Notes: a model not told the origin generated them from the letters alone. 64,000 nt of DNA from Vicugna vicugna (GCA_013265495.1 MU057640.1:443303-507302); one strand, 5' to 3'. Positions 1 to 13,551 are shown, numbered from the stretch's first letter. A program made the numbers and translations.

Positions 1-304
1 CTCTGGGAGTAAGTGCTTGGGCTCTCGTGGGGACCTTTCTCCCCTCTCCCCTGGCCACCCACCCCCCGAGCCCCACTAAGCACAAAAGAACTAACAGTAG
101 TGGCTTGTTTGGTGGCCTGGTAATGTGGCTTCCACCCAAATCGCTGAGCGCCTCTGCTGTCACCAAGGATTTCCCAAAGGGAGTGCTTGAGATAAAAATC
201 TCAGTTTTGTATGTCAATGTCACCTGGGATGAACTTTCCCTTTTCTTTGCCTTGGTTTCTTCATTCATAAAATAGGGATCAGATATTTTTCCTGCTTAAG
301 ATCA

Positions 305-485
305 AAAACATAAACAACAAGTTCATACTGTATAGCACAGGGAACTATATTCAGTATCTTGTAGTAACTTATGGTGAAAGAGAATATGAAAACGAATATA
401 TGTATGTTCCTATATGACTGACATATTGTGCTGTACACTAGAAATTGACACATTGTAAACTGACTCAATAAAAAATACATAAAAA
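305..485 (+). mobile_element. L1 3' end (artiodactyl/camelid-type), 5'-truncated
   Basis: ctgtatagcacagggaactatattcagtatcttgtagtaac...tgtgctgtacactagaaattgacacattgtaaactgactcAATAAA plus A-rich tail. Confidence 0.8.
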
Positions 486-1885
486 GCATATATTTATGAT
501 GGGTAATTTTTTTTTAAAACAAGAGACATGTTATATATTTAGAAAGATAAGGCCAGTTCTGTGGGTTAAGTTTTGGCTGAAAATAACAGCACTGCTGACA
601 CCAATAGCAATCACCATTTTAATTTAATCAGTCTGGATGTTTCCAGTGCTAAAAGACCACTGTTTTCTACAGGGTGCTGTGTCTTCACAATGATGTTCCA
701 GGAGTGGTTCTATTACATAAAAATTAACTTGACCGCAGAGGGTGAGCTGGCTGCAAGGACAGCCTTCCCTGGGCCCTCCTGCCCTTTGGGACGGCACATG
801 GCCACCACTCCCCTGGTGGGGCTGCAGGAGCTGGAGCTGGAGCCACTACCTGCCACCTTCCATCAGTGCCCGGCAGAAGTCTGGCGGATCCCAGAGGGGA
901 GGACAGAGGAGGAGAAAGCAAGTAGCAGGCTATGTTGTGTTCACTTGAGGACGTGGGACAAGGCCTGCCCATGCCTGCACCTTTGCTCTTTGCCCCAGAT
1001 TGTAGACTGAGCCTCGTGGCTGTGGAAAAACTGCCTGGTCTTTCAGAGTTTCATTTTTTCTTTCCAGTGCAGCAAAATTCTTTTGAATGCGCCTGTGTAG
1101 ATGTTGTGATTGTGAACAGTGATCTTGTTATTAGTTCCTTAAAGCCTGGGACTAGGTCTCCAGTACCCGCACCCAGTAACCCAAAGGAATGCCTTTCACT
1201 GACATCGACCCCTAGAGCTTCATGGCTAGATAGCACGGAAAGTAGGCATTTAGGAACTATTTTTCCTTCTTCCTTTGCATTCCTCTGTGCATGATAAAAT
1301 GTGTGATTCATACACCTTTTCCTTCATCCTTATTCTTCCTAATTCTATTTAAGAAGTGATTTCCTTCTGCCCAGTTAAGTAAAGCTGATAGGACCTTAAC
1401 ACACAGCCCTCTTCTGTTTGCATTTCTGAGAACTGGCGAAATCTGTGCTCTGCTTGTTCTGCTTTAATGAGGGAGAGATTGACCAGCTCGGGAGGAAAGC
1501 GTCTCTGTGTCCTGGGAGCCGCTTCTCACTCCTCCCTTCTTCTATTAGGGCTGTAGAGTCTTCTGAGGTCCCTGGACAGTGTCAGTTTCCCAGATCTAGA
1601 TAAGACAAGGGCTGGAGCTCCTAGTGGGTTCCCAGGCATCGGATAGGAGGATGTCCTTTGGAGAAAAGGAAAAAAGTCCGCCTAGATGGAATGATAAAAG
1701 GAATGACATCACAGAAAGCATGGCAACCAAAGGGCCATCACAGTCTCCCCACGAGGTGGTCAGAACCCCAAGGGAAGACCTGGTTTCATTGTTTCCTGCT
1801 GGGGCCGGCAGGAGCAGGGGGGCATGGAGGAGGGATTGCTTACCCAATGGCTAGAACAGGCCAGAGGTTTTGCTTTTCACTCCAG

Positions 1886-2214
1886 ATCTGCCTCGCTGCT
1901 CCGATGGTCTCTCTGGAGTGGTGTGGTGCCACCTCAAAGCATTTTCATCCTGTTGATTTATTATCCAGGGTTGCCCTGGGAGTTTGGCGGGAGAAGGGGA
2001 GCAAAAAGAGAGGGAAGTACATCATTGGAGAGGGAAGTAGAGAGAAGAAATTATCATCGGGGAGTTCTGTGGAATCCCGGAGCCCCACCTCCAGGTTCTG
2101 CTCCCTGGAGGCTCTGAGCTCTCTGATAAAAGCCGGATCCATCTCCTGTCCCTCACTTGGTTTCTTCAAGCCTAGACGACTGCAGCTGACGGTGCTGAGC
2201 TGGGTGTCAACCAT
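1886..2214 (+). other. Candidate alternative upstream/cassette exon of DPF3
   Basis: Acceptor-like ttttgcttttcactccag ends at 1885; strong donor CCAT|gtaagt at 2215. ORF 1658-2218 stays open to the donor, and its last codon AT|G is in the phase required by exon 2. Inference only; no transcript evidence. Confidence 0.45.
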
Positions 2215-2844
2215 GTAAGTTCTGCTGATTTCAAAGTCACTTGTGTTGAAAACCCAGAGAGATTGAGAGCAACTGCCCAAGGCACTGTGTGGACAGAAAG
2301 CGGCTATCCATGCGGTGAATGCTGACACTCAAACGGCCTGGAATGCTGTCTTGTGAGGTCGGCTTGAACACAGTGCAGGGGTTGTAGGTGTTGAATACAG
2401 GGCAGGAACCGGGAGGTTGCCATTCTGGGGCTTGTGGGTAGCTTGGGCCCAGAAATCATTTCTCCTTTCTGTCTTTGTTGGGTAACTATGCCCAGGTCCT
2501 GCCTGGTTGCTGTCTCTCTGTAGGTCCTATCACGGTTGCTTGTCGCCCTGTCACCGTTGCATGTTGGGGTCTTAGAAGTGAGGCAGCCTGACCAGGGTGT
2601 GCGCAGCCATCATCACAAAGTTCCCACATCATCTCTACTCATCAGCAGAGCCAACCACCCCCAAGCTGTGGACCTTTTAAGACATTTAGGAGTCCTTTGA
2701 GAAGCATGATCTTTGGTGTCTTTAATTAGAATATCTGGAGTTTTGGCTTGTTCAGTCAGAATATCGGGGCGAGCTGGAGAAATTGCTTACCCAGCTCCTT
2801 TTGGCTATGGGTAACTTTGTAAAGTGAGTGTACTGTCTAAAATT

Positions 2845-3900
2845 TTTTATATAATTGAGATAAAATTCATGTTACGTAAAGCTCAACATTTAAACATGTA
2901 CAATTCATTGGTTTTTAGTATTTTTATTTGAAAAAATTATTTATTTAAATGGTAAAGATTAAAAGAAAACCCAAAAAACAGAACCATGCTGTTTTTGTAC
3001 CTCAAAAAAGTATACCATAATTCCTTAAAAATATTAATAGCCAGTCAATGTTCAAATATTGGCTTTTACTATTTGAAAGTATACAATTGAGTGGCTTTTA
3101 GTATATTCATGATGTTGTGCAAACATTACCACTTTCTAATTCCAGAACATTTCATCACCCCATAAAGAAATCTTGTTCCCAATAAGCACTCACTCCTCCT
3201 ATGCCCTTCCCCCAGGTCCTGACAACCACGAATCTGCTTTCTATGTCTGTGGGCCTCCCTGTTTTGAATATTTCATATACATGGAAGCAGACAATATATG
3301 CGTCCTTTTGAGTCTGGATTCTTTGACTTGGCCTGTTTTCAGCTTGTAGTGATATCGTGGCATATGTCAGTACCTTGTTCCTTTTTACGGTGGAATAATA
3401 TTCCATCGTGTGGATATATCCCATTTTATTTATCCATTCAACAGTTGATAGACATTCAGGTTACTTCCACTTTTTGGCTATTATGAATAATGCTAATATG
3501 AACATTCAAGTGCAAGTCTTTGTGTGGACATATGTTTTCAGTTCTTTTGGGTATATGCCTAAGGAGTGGAATTGCTGGGTCATATATTAACTCTATATTT
3601 AATTTTTTGAGGAACTGCCAAACTAGTTTTCCATACCATTTTACATTCCTACCAGCAATGTATGAGGGTTCAAATTCTCCACATCCTTGCTGACACTTGT
3701 GATTATCTTTATGATTATAACCATCCTAGTGGATATGAAGTGGTATCTCATTGTGGTTTTGATTTGCATTTCTCTAAAGATTAATGATGCTGTGTATCTT
3801 TTCATGGGCTCATTGACTATTTGCATATTTTTTCTGGAGAAATGTCTATTCAAATCCTTTGTCCATGTTGTAATTTGGTTATTTGTCTTTCTGTTGTTAA
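2845..3900 (-). mobile_element. Old L1 (L1MB-like) 3' end/ORF2 fragment
   Basis: Typical antisense L1 text (ttgtgtggacatatgttttc, ggaattgctgggtcata, tggtatctcattgtggttttgatttgcattt). Minus ORFs resemble the L1 ORF2 C-terminus (REMQIKTTMRYHF). Confidence 0.85.
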
Positions 3901-3984
3901 GAAGTGAGTTTATTTTAATACATCATTGTACTCTCCTCAACTCCAGCATGGTGTGACCAGGCTATGGAGATGGAGGACTTCAGT

Positions 3985-4800
3985 GGGTCACTTAAAACCA
4001 GGCTGAGGTCTCTCCTTCTTAGGCCACTCCTCAGTGTTCTTGGGGGTCCCCTCTTCCTTGTCTACCCTTAACAGTTTTGTCCCCCAGAGTTTTTGTTCTT
4101 TGTCCCCCTGATTCTTGTTTTGCTCTGTTTCTCTCCGGTTGACTTTATCCACACCCATGACATCCATGACCATATAATATATATTGCTCATTACTCTCAA
4201 ATGCATATATCCAACCTGGACTTCTCTGGAGCTCCATATTTACAGATCCAGGTGGAACCTCAGTATATACAGAACTTACTAGCCTCCTCCACCAACCTTC
4301 TCCTGGATTCCCCATCCAGATGACCAGAAGCATCATCTGCCAAGTCAGCCAAGCTGGAAGTCATCTTGGACTCCTTATTCTCTGTCTCAGGACATCTGCC
4401 CTCTTCCTGCCAAGGACTGTCTGTCTGCTCTCCTTAGTAGCCCTCTCCAGTTTGTCCTCAGTTCTTCACTCCCGCTCTGACTGAGTTAGTTTCAGGTCTT
4501 TGTCATTCTAACTAGACTCCCTAATTGTAAGTTCCCTCCATCCACATATCCTCTGCCAGAATGATCCAATTATGTTTCTCCCATCTTAATACCCATCAGT
4601 GATTCCTTGTTGCCCAAAGGATAAACACTAATTCCTTTTGTCCAGCATACAGGCCCTCCTGAATCTGACCTCTACCTATCTTTCCAGCCTCATGTTCTTC
4701 TTCTCATTCTGCCTTCAGCCCTTTAGCCATAAGGAATTCCTTGAAGTTTCTTGAACGGGTTGCATTTTTTCAAACCTCCATGCCTTGAACGCCATGCTAT
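3985..4800 (+). mobile_element. L2 fragment
   Basis: Degenerate L2 motifs (ttatccacacccatgac, actctcaaatgcatatatccaacctggacttctct, gaagtcatcttggactcct). Boundaries approximate. Confidence 0.6.
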
Positions 4801-6839
4801 TGGTGTGCCTCTTATATAAGTGGTCAAGGGTAGATTTTTAGGGCCAGATTATGGATCCCATATGGCCCAAATTGAATACTACTACGTATAGAGAACACTG
4901 AGACTGTGGGTCAGGTGTAGATTTTGAGTCAATAATTTATTTGTGTGAAAGAATTTCCATACCTAATAGACATTAAGCTGCTTTTGGTTGTATTGAGGAA
5001 CTACCTGCATTGCAAAAGTGATGAACTCTTCTGGAAAAATTCTGGCATTTGCCATAGCCTATTGTTACTTTAGTTACTTTGTGAATCCAAAACACCAATA
5101 GGGCAAAATATTTGGAATAAGATTTGTATCCCAAGGTTGCCATAGCTACTGGCCATGATGAGCACCAGCATTGCATATTTGTCTGGAGCCCTACACCTCT
5201 CGTTTCTGGGATGTCTTATAACTTTTTCTGAGGATGTTAGTCCTTAGAGAAAGTGAGTGAAGTCAAAGGAATGATTTCTGATTCTTTCCAAATAAATAAA
5301 AAAAATCTAATTTAGTTTATTACCTAGTGCCTTCTCTCCTCTCCCTCAAAGTTTTACTTAGAAAAATCTCACGGCTGAAAAGTTGCAAGAATGGTACAAC
5401 GAACACCTCTGGGTACTTTGCTTAGAGTCACCATTTACTGGCATTTGGCCACCTTAGTGTTTTCTCTCCTCCCATTTTATGCACGTGTGTGCACCCCTAA
5501 ACCCCAACCCACCACAACCCCCAAATGGTCTTTATCTTTTTCTTTGTATTCTGGTCATAGTATTAAATAGCCTGGAGAAGACAGATAATGCATGATGGGG
5601 CAGAGAAAGGAGTTGCTGGATCCTCTTGTGGAAGGTGATTTATTCTCTTAACAGTTTCCAAATGGTTGGAGAAGCCATGAGACTCGATCAATGGCTCCTT
5701 CCGAGAACTTGTTAATCCTCTCCTCCTCTGAGGCTGCAAATGTGATCACCTGTATTTTCAGGAAGGGTGAGATTGAGTTCATAACATGCCTTCCTCTTTG
5801 GGTATGTTTTAGAGCCTCCAGTGAAGCTCAGTGCCAAAACTGAAGCCTCAGGCGTTTGTCTCAGTGTTGCCTCTGACTGGAGCACACTGACTGGGGTGAT
5901 TCTGAGCAAGTGCCTTTTTCTCTCGGAGCCTCAGCTTCCCACCTACAAAGTGAGGGCTTGGGCCAACTGCCCTCTCCCTATGACCTGTGACGGCTGGAAA
6001 ATTCTGTCCTTCGGGAAACTGTCAGAAGGTAGTTAATTTACTTGTGAGATGAACCCCAGAAATTTATGCTGACTGGGCTTCAGCCAGGACCATGTCTGGT
6101 TTATAACGAGGAATATTTTTCCCTTGTAATTTTTCCCTTGTAAGAGCTACGGGTGTTCTGTCTGCTGAGGCGGAGGTGGGCTTGGTGGGGACGAAGGAAG
6201 CAGCAGGAACTCTGACCCTTTTGTTGGAGCCTCCTCACCTCCCCTCCCTTTGAGGTTGTTTGCTTGTTTAATTTGTCGGTCGCCTTGTTTCCTACACCCT
6301 TTTATAGCTACATTTGTTCAAGGATATTGCCACCTCCTTTTTCTCTCCCTGGCCCACCTCCAGCTTAAATATCTAAGGAGGACAGCAGCAATCTGATGAT
6401 GTTGATGAAATGGGTGACTTTAATGGTGGACCTAAGCAAGGCTGCACTCTCACAGGTGGGGTGAGTGTTATTCAGAGTCCAGGTAGTGGGTGGGTGGTGT
6501 GTTGATACTAGTCCCTAGAGGGTTACACAAAGTTCCCACCCACAGAACCTGGGGCAGTGCTTCTGGACTGGCCAGACTTCTTTTATGGGTTTAATCCCTA
6601 TGAGGAGGATTTGAGAAAGTTCTGGTAAGAGAGGAAAAGACATAGATGTGGTGGGATTGAGGAAAGGAACTGGTGAGAGCTGAGTGATTGGGAATTCATT
6701 TATTCATTCAATAACTGTTTATTGAAGACCTGTTAAAATATGTACAAGGTCCCTTTACCCAGAAAGTCTTAAATCTGGGTAGACATCATTAAGGTGCCAG
6801 ACTCTTTGCTATGTGCTGTATGCTATAGTGATAGAAATA

Positions 6840-7075
6840 ATATTAGTAATTGTCATACTAATCCCAACGATCACGTGTCAGGCATGTTGCTAAGTGGGCT
6901 ACATCGATTCCATTTAATCTTCCCAACTCTGACGGACGGACGGTGCTGTCCTCATCCCGCAGGGGAGGAAGGGAAGGCTTAGAGCAGGCACCTGCTCAAG
7001 GTCAGGCAGTGAGTAAAGGCAGAATTGGGATTTGAGGTCAAGTCTGATTTCAAATCCTATCTTCTTAACCTCCAT
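6840..7075 (-). mobile_element. MIR SINE
   Basis: tgtcaggcatgttgctaagtg...atttaatcttcccaac...gaggaagggaaggcttagag...ggcagaattgggatttga. Confidence 0.6.
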
Positions 7076-7190
7076 GCCTCTCGTTCCTTAAAGCTGGTTT
7101 ATGGACTGATGCCAGTCTGTGATGAAGTTTGCACCGGTCTAAAATAAAAGGATAGTGTTACGAGATTTTTTAATAAGGCTTACTTTATTT

Positions 7191-7420
7191 CAGTGGTTCT
7201 CAATTGAGATGATTTTGCCCCCGGGGATATTTGGCAATGCCTGGAGACTTTTTTTTGGTTTTCACAACTTGGGAGTGCTTCTGGCTTATAATGAGTAGTT
7301 GCCAGGGGTGCTGCAGAACATCCTCCGTGCACAAGATAGCCCCCCCACCCCACCCCAGAACCCCATGGCAAAGCCTTATCTGGCCCAGAGTGTCAACCAT
7401 GCTAAGATTGAGGAACTCTG
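7191..7420. mobile_element. MER20 hAT-Charlie DNA transposon
   Basis: Starts cagtggttctcaa, ends ttgaggaactctg (TIRs); internal gatatttggcaatgcctggagac matches MER20. Confidence 0.85.
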
Positions 7421-8099
7421 ATTTTATCTGAAGGATTATCTTAATCTTAAAATTGTATTATTCTGACTTTTGGGATTTGTATTAAATGTCCTTTCTTTTA
7501 AGAAACAATGTAGTAGACAGCAGTTGGGTTATAGGATGTCCTTCTCTGGCAAAATAAAAAAAAGTTGGCAAGACTATGGGGATCCCTCTGATGTTTGTTG
7601 TTGTTAAAAGCTTCCTGGACTGTAAAAATCAAATATCTAAGAATTACTTGAACTAGGTATTATTTAAAAAATACTGTTTGTTAAGGATTAAAGAAGGAAA
7701 TAGTCTCATGCATAATTAAGGCAATGCCTAATGTGCCCCTGGAGCTCCTGGGGTTTGATTTAATACCACTTAGTGCCTAGTACTGTGCCAGGCAAAGGAA
7801 TTTTGCCTTGATGGGCTTGTGATCTCTGCAGGAGAATTCCGTAGGGAACCTGCAGAAAACAGGCAGGAAGCAAGGAAATAGGCTGGCAGATGATGGCTAA
7901 GTTTAGTTGGTTGAAGCTAACATGGCAAACCAAGAGGTTTCCACCAGAATTTTAGATTCCTGGCTTGGGTCTACTATCAAGTAATTTATGTGACCTTAGG
8001 CAAAGCACTTAATTTCTCTGCCTCTTGCTTTCTTGTTAGTTTCCTGTCTTGGATGAGGGCCCCCTCCAGCTCATGTGAGACAGCTGTCTCTGGCACCCC

Positions 8100-8690
8100 T
8101 CTTTCCCTCCGAACCCCAGTGGGACACTAGTCCTGTTGATTCTGTTTTGGAAATGTCTCGAGTCTGCTCAGTCTCCTCCTATCCCAGTGCATTCTCCACG
8201 CAACATCCTGAATAATTTTGCTAAAACATAAATCTGATCACGTCACCTACCTCTGCTTAAAACTCTCTGTGGTTTCCTCATTGCCCGCAGGACAAAGTCC
8301 AAACTCCTTGGCAAGGCTTTCTTGGCCCTATGGTCTGGGCCCAGCCCACCTCTCCAGTCTCATTTCTCATGCTGCGCCCTTCACCCCTGCTAACCCCGTG
8401 GTCTGGACACCACGGAGGGCTCACTCTTAACTGAGCGCAGTTTACTGGCCCACCTCCCTGGAATCTTAGTTCTTTTCCACCTGGCAAAATCAGACTTATA
8501 TTTTAGGGTTTGTCTCAATCATCTCTGGAAGCTGTCCCAGGTCTGGAGACAGAGTGCGTGTCCCATCTCTTCCCCTCCCTGACTATGAAGCCGTTGAAGG
8601 CAGGGCCTGCATTTGTCTGGCTCTGTCTTGTAAACTTCATGCCCCGCATGGTACTCATGGTATGAGCCCATGGTAGGTGCTCAACCCTTG
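8100..8690 (+). mobile_element. L2 3' fragment
   Basis: aaacataaatctgatcacgtcac...ctgcttaaaactctct...aaagtccaaactcctt...gaaggcagggcc...ggtaggtgctcaa. Confidence 0.7.
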
Positions 8691-10769
8691 CTGGGTAGAA
8701 AACAAAGGAATAAAGGAGGAACAATTTAAAATGGAGATAACAGTGTTTATCCTTTGTTACCACCCAAGGTTGCTTGGGGCATGAACGTGAGATAATATTT
8801 ATTGAAGAACTGAAAAATGAGAGGCCACACAAATGTAAAACAAGATATTCATCATTGTTTTCAAAAGGAGAGATTGTTAACTTTGGAATGATGGATGAAA
8901 AACCTTTGAATTTCCTCCATTATATCACTGTCAATGTGGGTGTGCACGCATACTTATGCATACACAGGCCATGCATGTAAACACACACAAACACACAGCA
9001 TTTCTAAGAGTCAGGTGTTGGGAGTTGGTATCCCAAATAGAAAAATCCAGATGGCCAGAATTTTACACAATTCAGCAAAAATACGCTTTGTTGGTGCAGG
9101 AACATGAATTGTGACTTAGTAACCTGTACCTGTCTGGGAGCCTCTAGTGACAAAGGGTCCTCTTCTTTCCCAGAACTGGGACTGAGGGTAGGGAGGACAG
9201 TGGCAGGAGGGAGGGGCCTGGCTTCTGTTTTCTTTTGTCTCCTTTTCTTTCTCTTCTTTCTGATTCCTCTTTCTTCAGAATACCTCTGCCCCAGTCCTCC
9301 CACACTGAACATGGTGCATCAAGGAAAGAAGAAGCAAAGAAATGGAAAGAGAGGTCTGGGCACTTTGCAAATCCTATTGTGCTAACCTTTATTATTGGTG
9401 TCTGTGAATATACCTGATTCTCAGGACTGCTCCCCAGACCACAAGTGCATCAGGGGCAGGTACTTTCTTTATATGCTTTTGCACCTTCTGCAGGTACCTC
9501 GCACCGTGGTAGTTGTACCTGAATGTTTGCTGAATGAATGAGTAAGCTCACTCAGTAAGGACAAAGTTTACCTCTTATGCCAATTCCCTGGTGTGAGGCA
9601 ATCTTCTTTGACTCTCCCTCTGGTTTGATTGTCACTGCCACCCTACAGGGTTGATTTTCCTCTGAACCCCACCTGAGAACTCAGAGGCATTGAGTCTTGG
9701 GCCTGGATCCCTCCACTTCTCAGACCCCTGAATGTTGCCCTAGCACAGAGCAGGGGGAGTGGAGCCCTACAGTGTGCAAAGAGGGAGCCTAAAGGATTAA
9801 TTGGTTAAACTTTATTACAAAGGCTGGTCCTATTGTTTACAGGCCATTAAAAACCATTATCATAGTCCCAGGCTGGGCAGACAGCAGCTAGCTGCTTTGA
9901 TGCATGTCTTAGAGAGATAAGGACAATTTATCCCTTGTTTTGACTTCAGGATTTCTTCTTGGTTTATTATTTGATGCACTCATCAACTTTCTCTCCAGTT
10001 GTCCCTGGTCCCAGACAAGTTCTTCAAGTTATTGGCAGGGGAGGTTCAGATTAGGATCCTGTAATTTTGGAGCTATAAGAGATCTGAGATAAATGGCTGT
10101 CTGTAACCTACCCTGTCCCTCTCCCACCTCCACCCCTATTTCTCCCCCTGGCAGAGCAGTTCCTGGACACACCAGCTTCTCAAGGAATTTGCATGTATTG
10201 ATCTCTGAGCAGGGCAGACTTTTCTCATGACCTTCGGCGAATCCTCCCATCTCCATGGTCATGTCTACTGCTGAGAAGGCTTCCTAGAGCCCTCCCCCGC
10301 CCTGACCCACCAGCCCCTCACCCAGCATCCTGGGAGTACTGTGCCCGAAGATGCAGGGGTTATCTTCACTCTGCCCTCTTCTGTGATGGGCGTATCTAGG
10401 CTTCCCCTGGGTGGGCTGGGCAGAGCCCTTGAGGGGCCTCACCCACACCCCAGACAATCTGTCTCCCTCAGGGGGCTTTCTTGAGGGTGTGACTTTCCAT
10501 CTGGACAGATATGGGCATTGGGATGGAGGCTCTACCAACCACCCTGCAGTGGTCAGGTCTTGGTCCAGTGATCCTGTGGAATGTTCTATGTCCTGGACCT
10601 GAAAAGAAGTCCTCATACTGAAGCCTGGATACTGAAACTCACTTCTCAGCTGATTGACTGGAGAGCCAGCTTGCCAGATCTTGGGCCCTCACGTAGTTTC
10701 TGAACAAGTGAATGAATGGATACAGGAATACGGGATGTCAGCCAGTACCAGATTGCTCCTTTTGGGTCT

Positions 10770-11100
10770 GTACCTTCAATTCAATACGTATTTACTGAGT
10801 GTCTGCCGTGGAAGTGTGGGTGCTCGGGATCAAAGGATGTGTAAGACCCAGGTCTTGACATTCAGGCATTTTTATCTTGAGGGAAATGAGATTCTTGTAA
10901 GACAAGGCAGGTAAGCACATGTGGAAATAGAAACACAGCGACTTGTTGAAGGAGCATAAAGGGCAGTGGGTTAATTCTGAATGAGGGGATCAGGAGAACT
11001 TCAGGGACGAGATGGTTTTTAAGGATTTCAGTGAAAAGAGATGAGAAAGGAAAGCAAGTCTAGACTGGTAAACAGCAAGGGCAAAAGTTCTGATATATGA
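10770..11100 (-). mobile_element. L2 fragment
   Basis: ttcaattcaatacgtatttactgagtgtctg...aagacccaggtcttgacattcagg. Confidence 0.55.
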
Positions 11101-13092
11101 CAGTGCCCACGGCTTGCCACAGACCAGGGCTGGCAGCCCCAGTCCAAAGCCACTTCTCCCTTCAGCCAGGGTGGCTCCAAATCCATCTCAGACAACACCG
11201 AATAATCCCAGGAATTTTTTCCAGGCGTCTGACCCTGGGGCAAGGCTCAGGGCAGACATTCCTTTCCTTCAGACTTTACTAGGGCCCCATGTTGCTGGAT
11301 TCTTCTCTTTGGAGGGTATGTAGGACAAACTCAAGGATGCCCTGGAGTTGTTGAAGGAGTGGGTAAGCTCCCTGCCCTAGATCCATCAGTTTCCATAAGA
11401 TGTTTCTTTGCCTGTCCCCAGCCGATCTCACTGCCAGGACAAGCATCACCCTCTTCCAAGGCTTTGCTCATGCTGTTCCCTCTCTAGAAAGGCCTTCCTC
11501 TCATTTCTGTTTGTCCAAATGCATTCACCCTTCCCCAGAGGCCCAGACTCCTTCTGTAAGGAAATACACCTTTTTCTGAGCTCCCAAATCATATCCCCTG
11601 CTCAGGGCAGGGTTGGAGACTGGCCTCTTCCACGTCAGGGGCATGCCACAGGATGAAGGAGAGAATGGAGCTTCCTACTATCCCAGTTTTATTACAAACA
11701 AGTATCCAGGGTCAATGTGTCTTTAACGCATTAAAGAAAATCTTGCAACCCCCCTGATTGTTCATGTTCTCAAGGTAACTGCTTAGTTACCTTTCAGAGA
11801 GTGGGAGGAAGCCAAGAAAGAGAATTCTTAATCTTAGGGAGCAGGACTGAGTGCAGAAATGTCTTGGAAATGGAAGATTCCCTTGGCTCCCTGCTCCAGC
11901 AGCACTGCAGCCCATATATAACTGTGGGCGAGCTCCCCCTCTCCGAGTCGCTTATCTCTGCCTCACATTCACAGACTCACCAGCCTGGAGTCTCCCTGGA
12001 TTTTGGCCAAGCCAGTTGGGAATGCATAATAGCCGAGATACGGGATGGGGTGAGCCCGCCATGTCCTTGCACGCCAAGGTGAAGGTCTTCCCTCTCCCCT
12101 TCCCCACTTCTAACCTTTTCTCTGGCATTGGGATCTAATCTTTGTGGTCCCACCTCTCTCATCTTTGAAAGGAGCGATTCAGATTCCACATTTGCTGGTG
12201 GCTGTGCTAGTAATTATGGACACCCCTTGGAGAATGGGAGGGAGGCTCAGGTGAGCCAGTTGGGACCAAATGGCATTTAGCTAGCTACCATTTTGAAATC
12301 TCAGCTAAAAGGCCTTGTGAGTTTACAACCTTCTCTGTAAAATCTCCCGCAGTTCACTCGCTGTTTGGTTTTGCTTGAGTGTCCTTGTTTTGCTTTTTGT
12401 CCTGGCAGAAATAGGGACGAGAAAAGGAAAGGCCCCTGGAAAGAAGATTCTAGCCTGATGGGAGAAGGGCTGCTGGGAATGGGGGAGGGGTCCTGGAGCC
12501 TACACTAGAGGTAGAGGTGTAGGGGAGGCAGATGGTGTGGGATCCTGCTGTTAGTGTTCCTGCTTTGGGAGTGGCTCTGTTTTGGGGTGCACTGGACGCA
12601 GTGGTTGATAGAACTTACAGAACAGTTGTGGAAGCTACAGCTTCCTTGTTGAAGATGTCTTGGACGCTATTAGAAAGGATAGCTTCCATCCCATAGACAA
12701 AAGCTGAGTCACTAGCTAGAGTTACCAGGGGTTTTCTGGTATGTTCTTTACTTCCAGTGCCTTTAACTTAACACCGTGGGATTTGGGACAATGAGTTCTC
12801 TTTAGGTGAGTGGGGCAGTATCAACGCATGGGATTGTAACCAAGTCAGATGCCTTTGTCTGTTGTTGGAGGTGTTTATATTAAGTGTGTGAGTGAGGGAG
12901 GGGGGAAGGAGAGAGGGAGAAAAAGAGAGAGAGAATGTGAAGCGTTTACCCTAAAGCTACAGGTGTGGGAGTGGGGTAAAGTGATGGGTTGGTTGGTTAT
13001 AGGACAAGATGCTGTTGATGTTTGTTTCTAGGATGGTTTGATCTGTGTGAACCTTATGATTTTTTGTTTGATTTCATGTTAATATTCCTCCC

Positions 13093-13551
13093 TGTATTAG
13101 TCTGCTTGGGCTGCCAATAAAGTACCAAGAACTGAGAGTCTCAAACAGCAGAAATTTATTACCTCATGACTCTGGAGGCCAGAAGTCCAAGGTCAAGGTG
13201 TCAGTGGGGTAGAATCCTTCTGAGGGTTGTAAGGGAGAGCTGTTCAGGTCTCTCTTAGCTTCTGGTGGTTTGCTTGTCATCTTTGGTGTTCCTAGGATTG
13301 TAAAAGCATCACCTCGATCTCTGCCTTCATCTTCATCTTCATGGCATTCTCTCTGTGTTCATGGCTCGGTGTGCAAATTTCCCCTTTTCATAAGGACATC
13401 AGTCATGTTGGATTAGGGCCCACCTTAATTGCCTCATATTATCTAATTAGGTCTGCAGTGACCCTGTTTCTGAAAAAGGTCACATTCTGAGATACCGGGG
13501 GTTCGGACTTTAACATATGTATTTTAAGAGGGTACAGTTCAACCCATAACA
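13093..13551 (-). mobile_element. MaLR solo LTR (MLT1C-like)
   Basis: tgtattagtctgcttgggctgcc...tctggaggccagaagtccaaggtcaaggtgtc...ttcaacccataaca; TG...CA ends. Confidence 0.85.

Noticed and set aside
5494..5525. Telomere-like cccctaaaccccaaccc
   Set aside because: There are no tandem CCCTAA units; it is a simple C/A-rich tract.
9311..9385. MVHQGKKKQRNGKRGLGTLQILLC faintly resembles the RPS26 N-terminus
   Set aside because: The similarity is short and driven by K/R/G composition, it stops immediately, and there is no downstream homology, poly-A or TSD.
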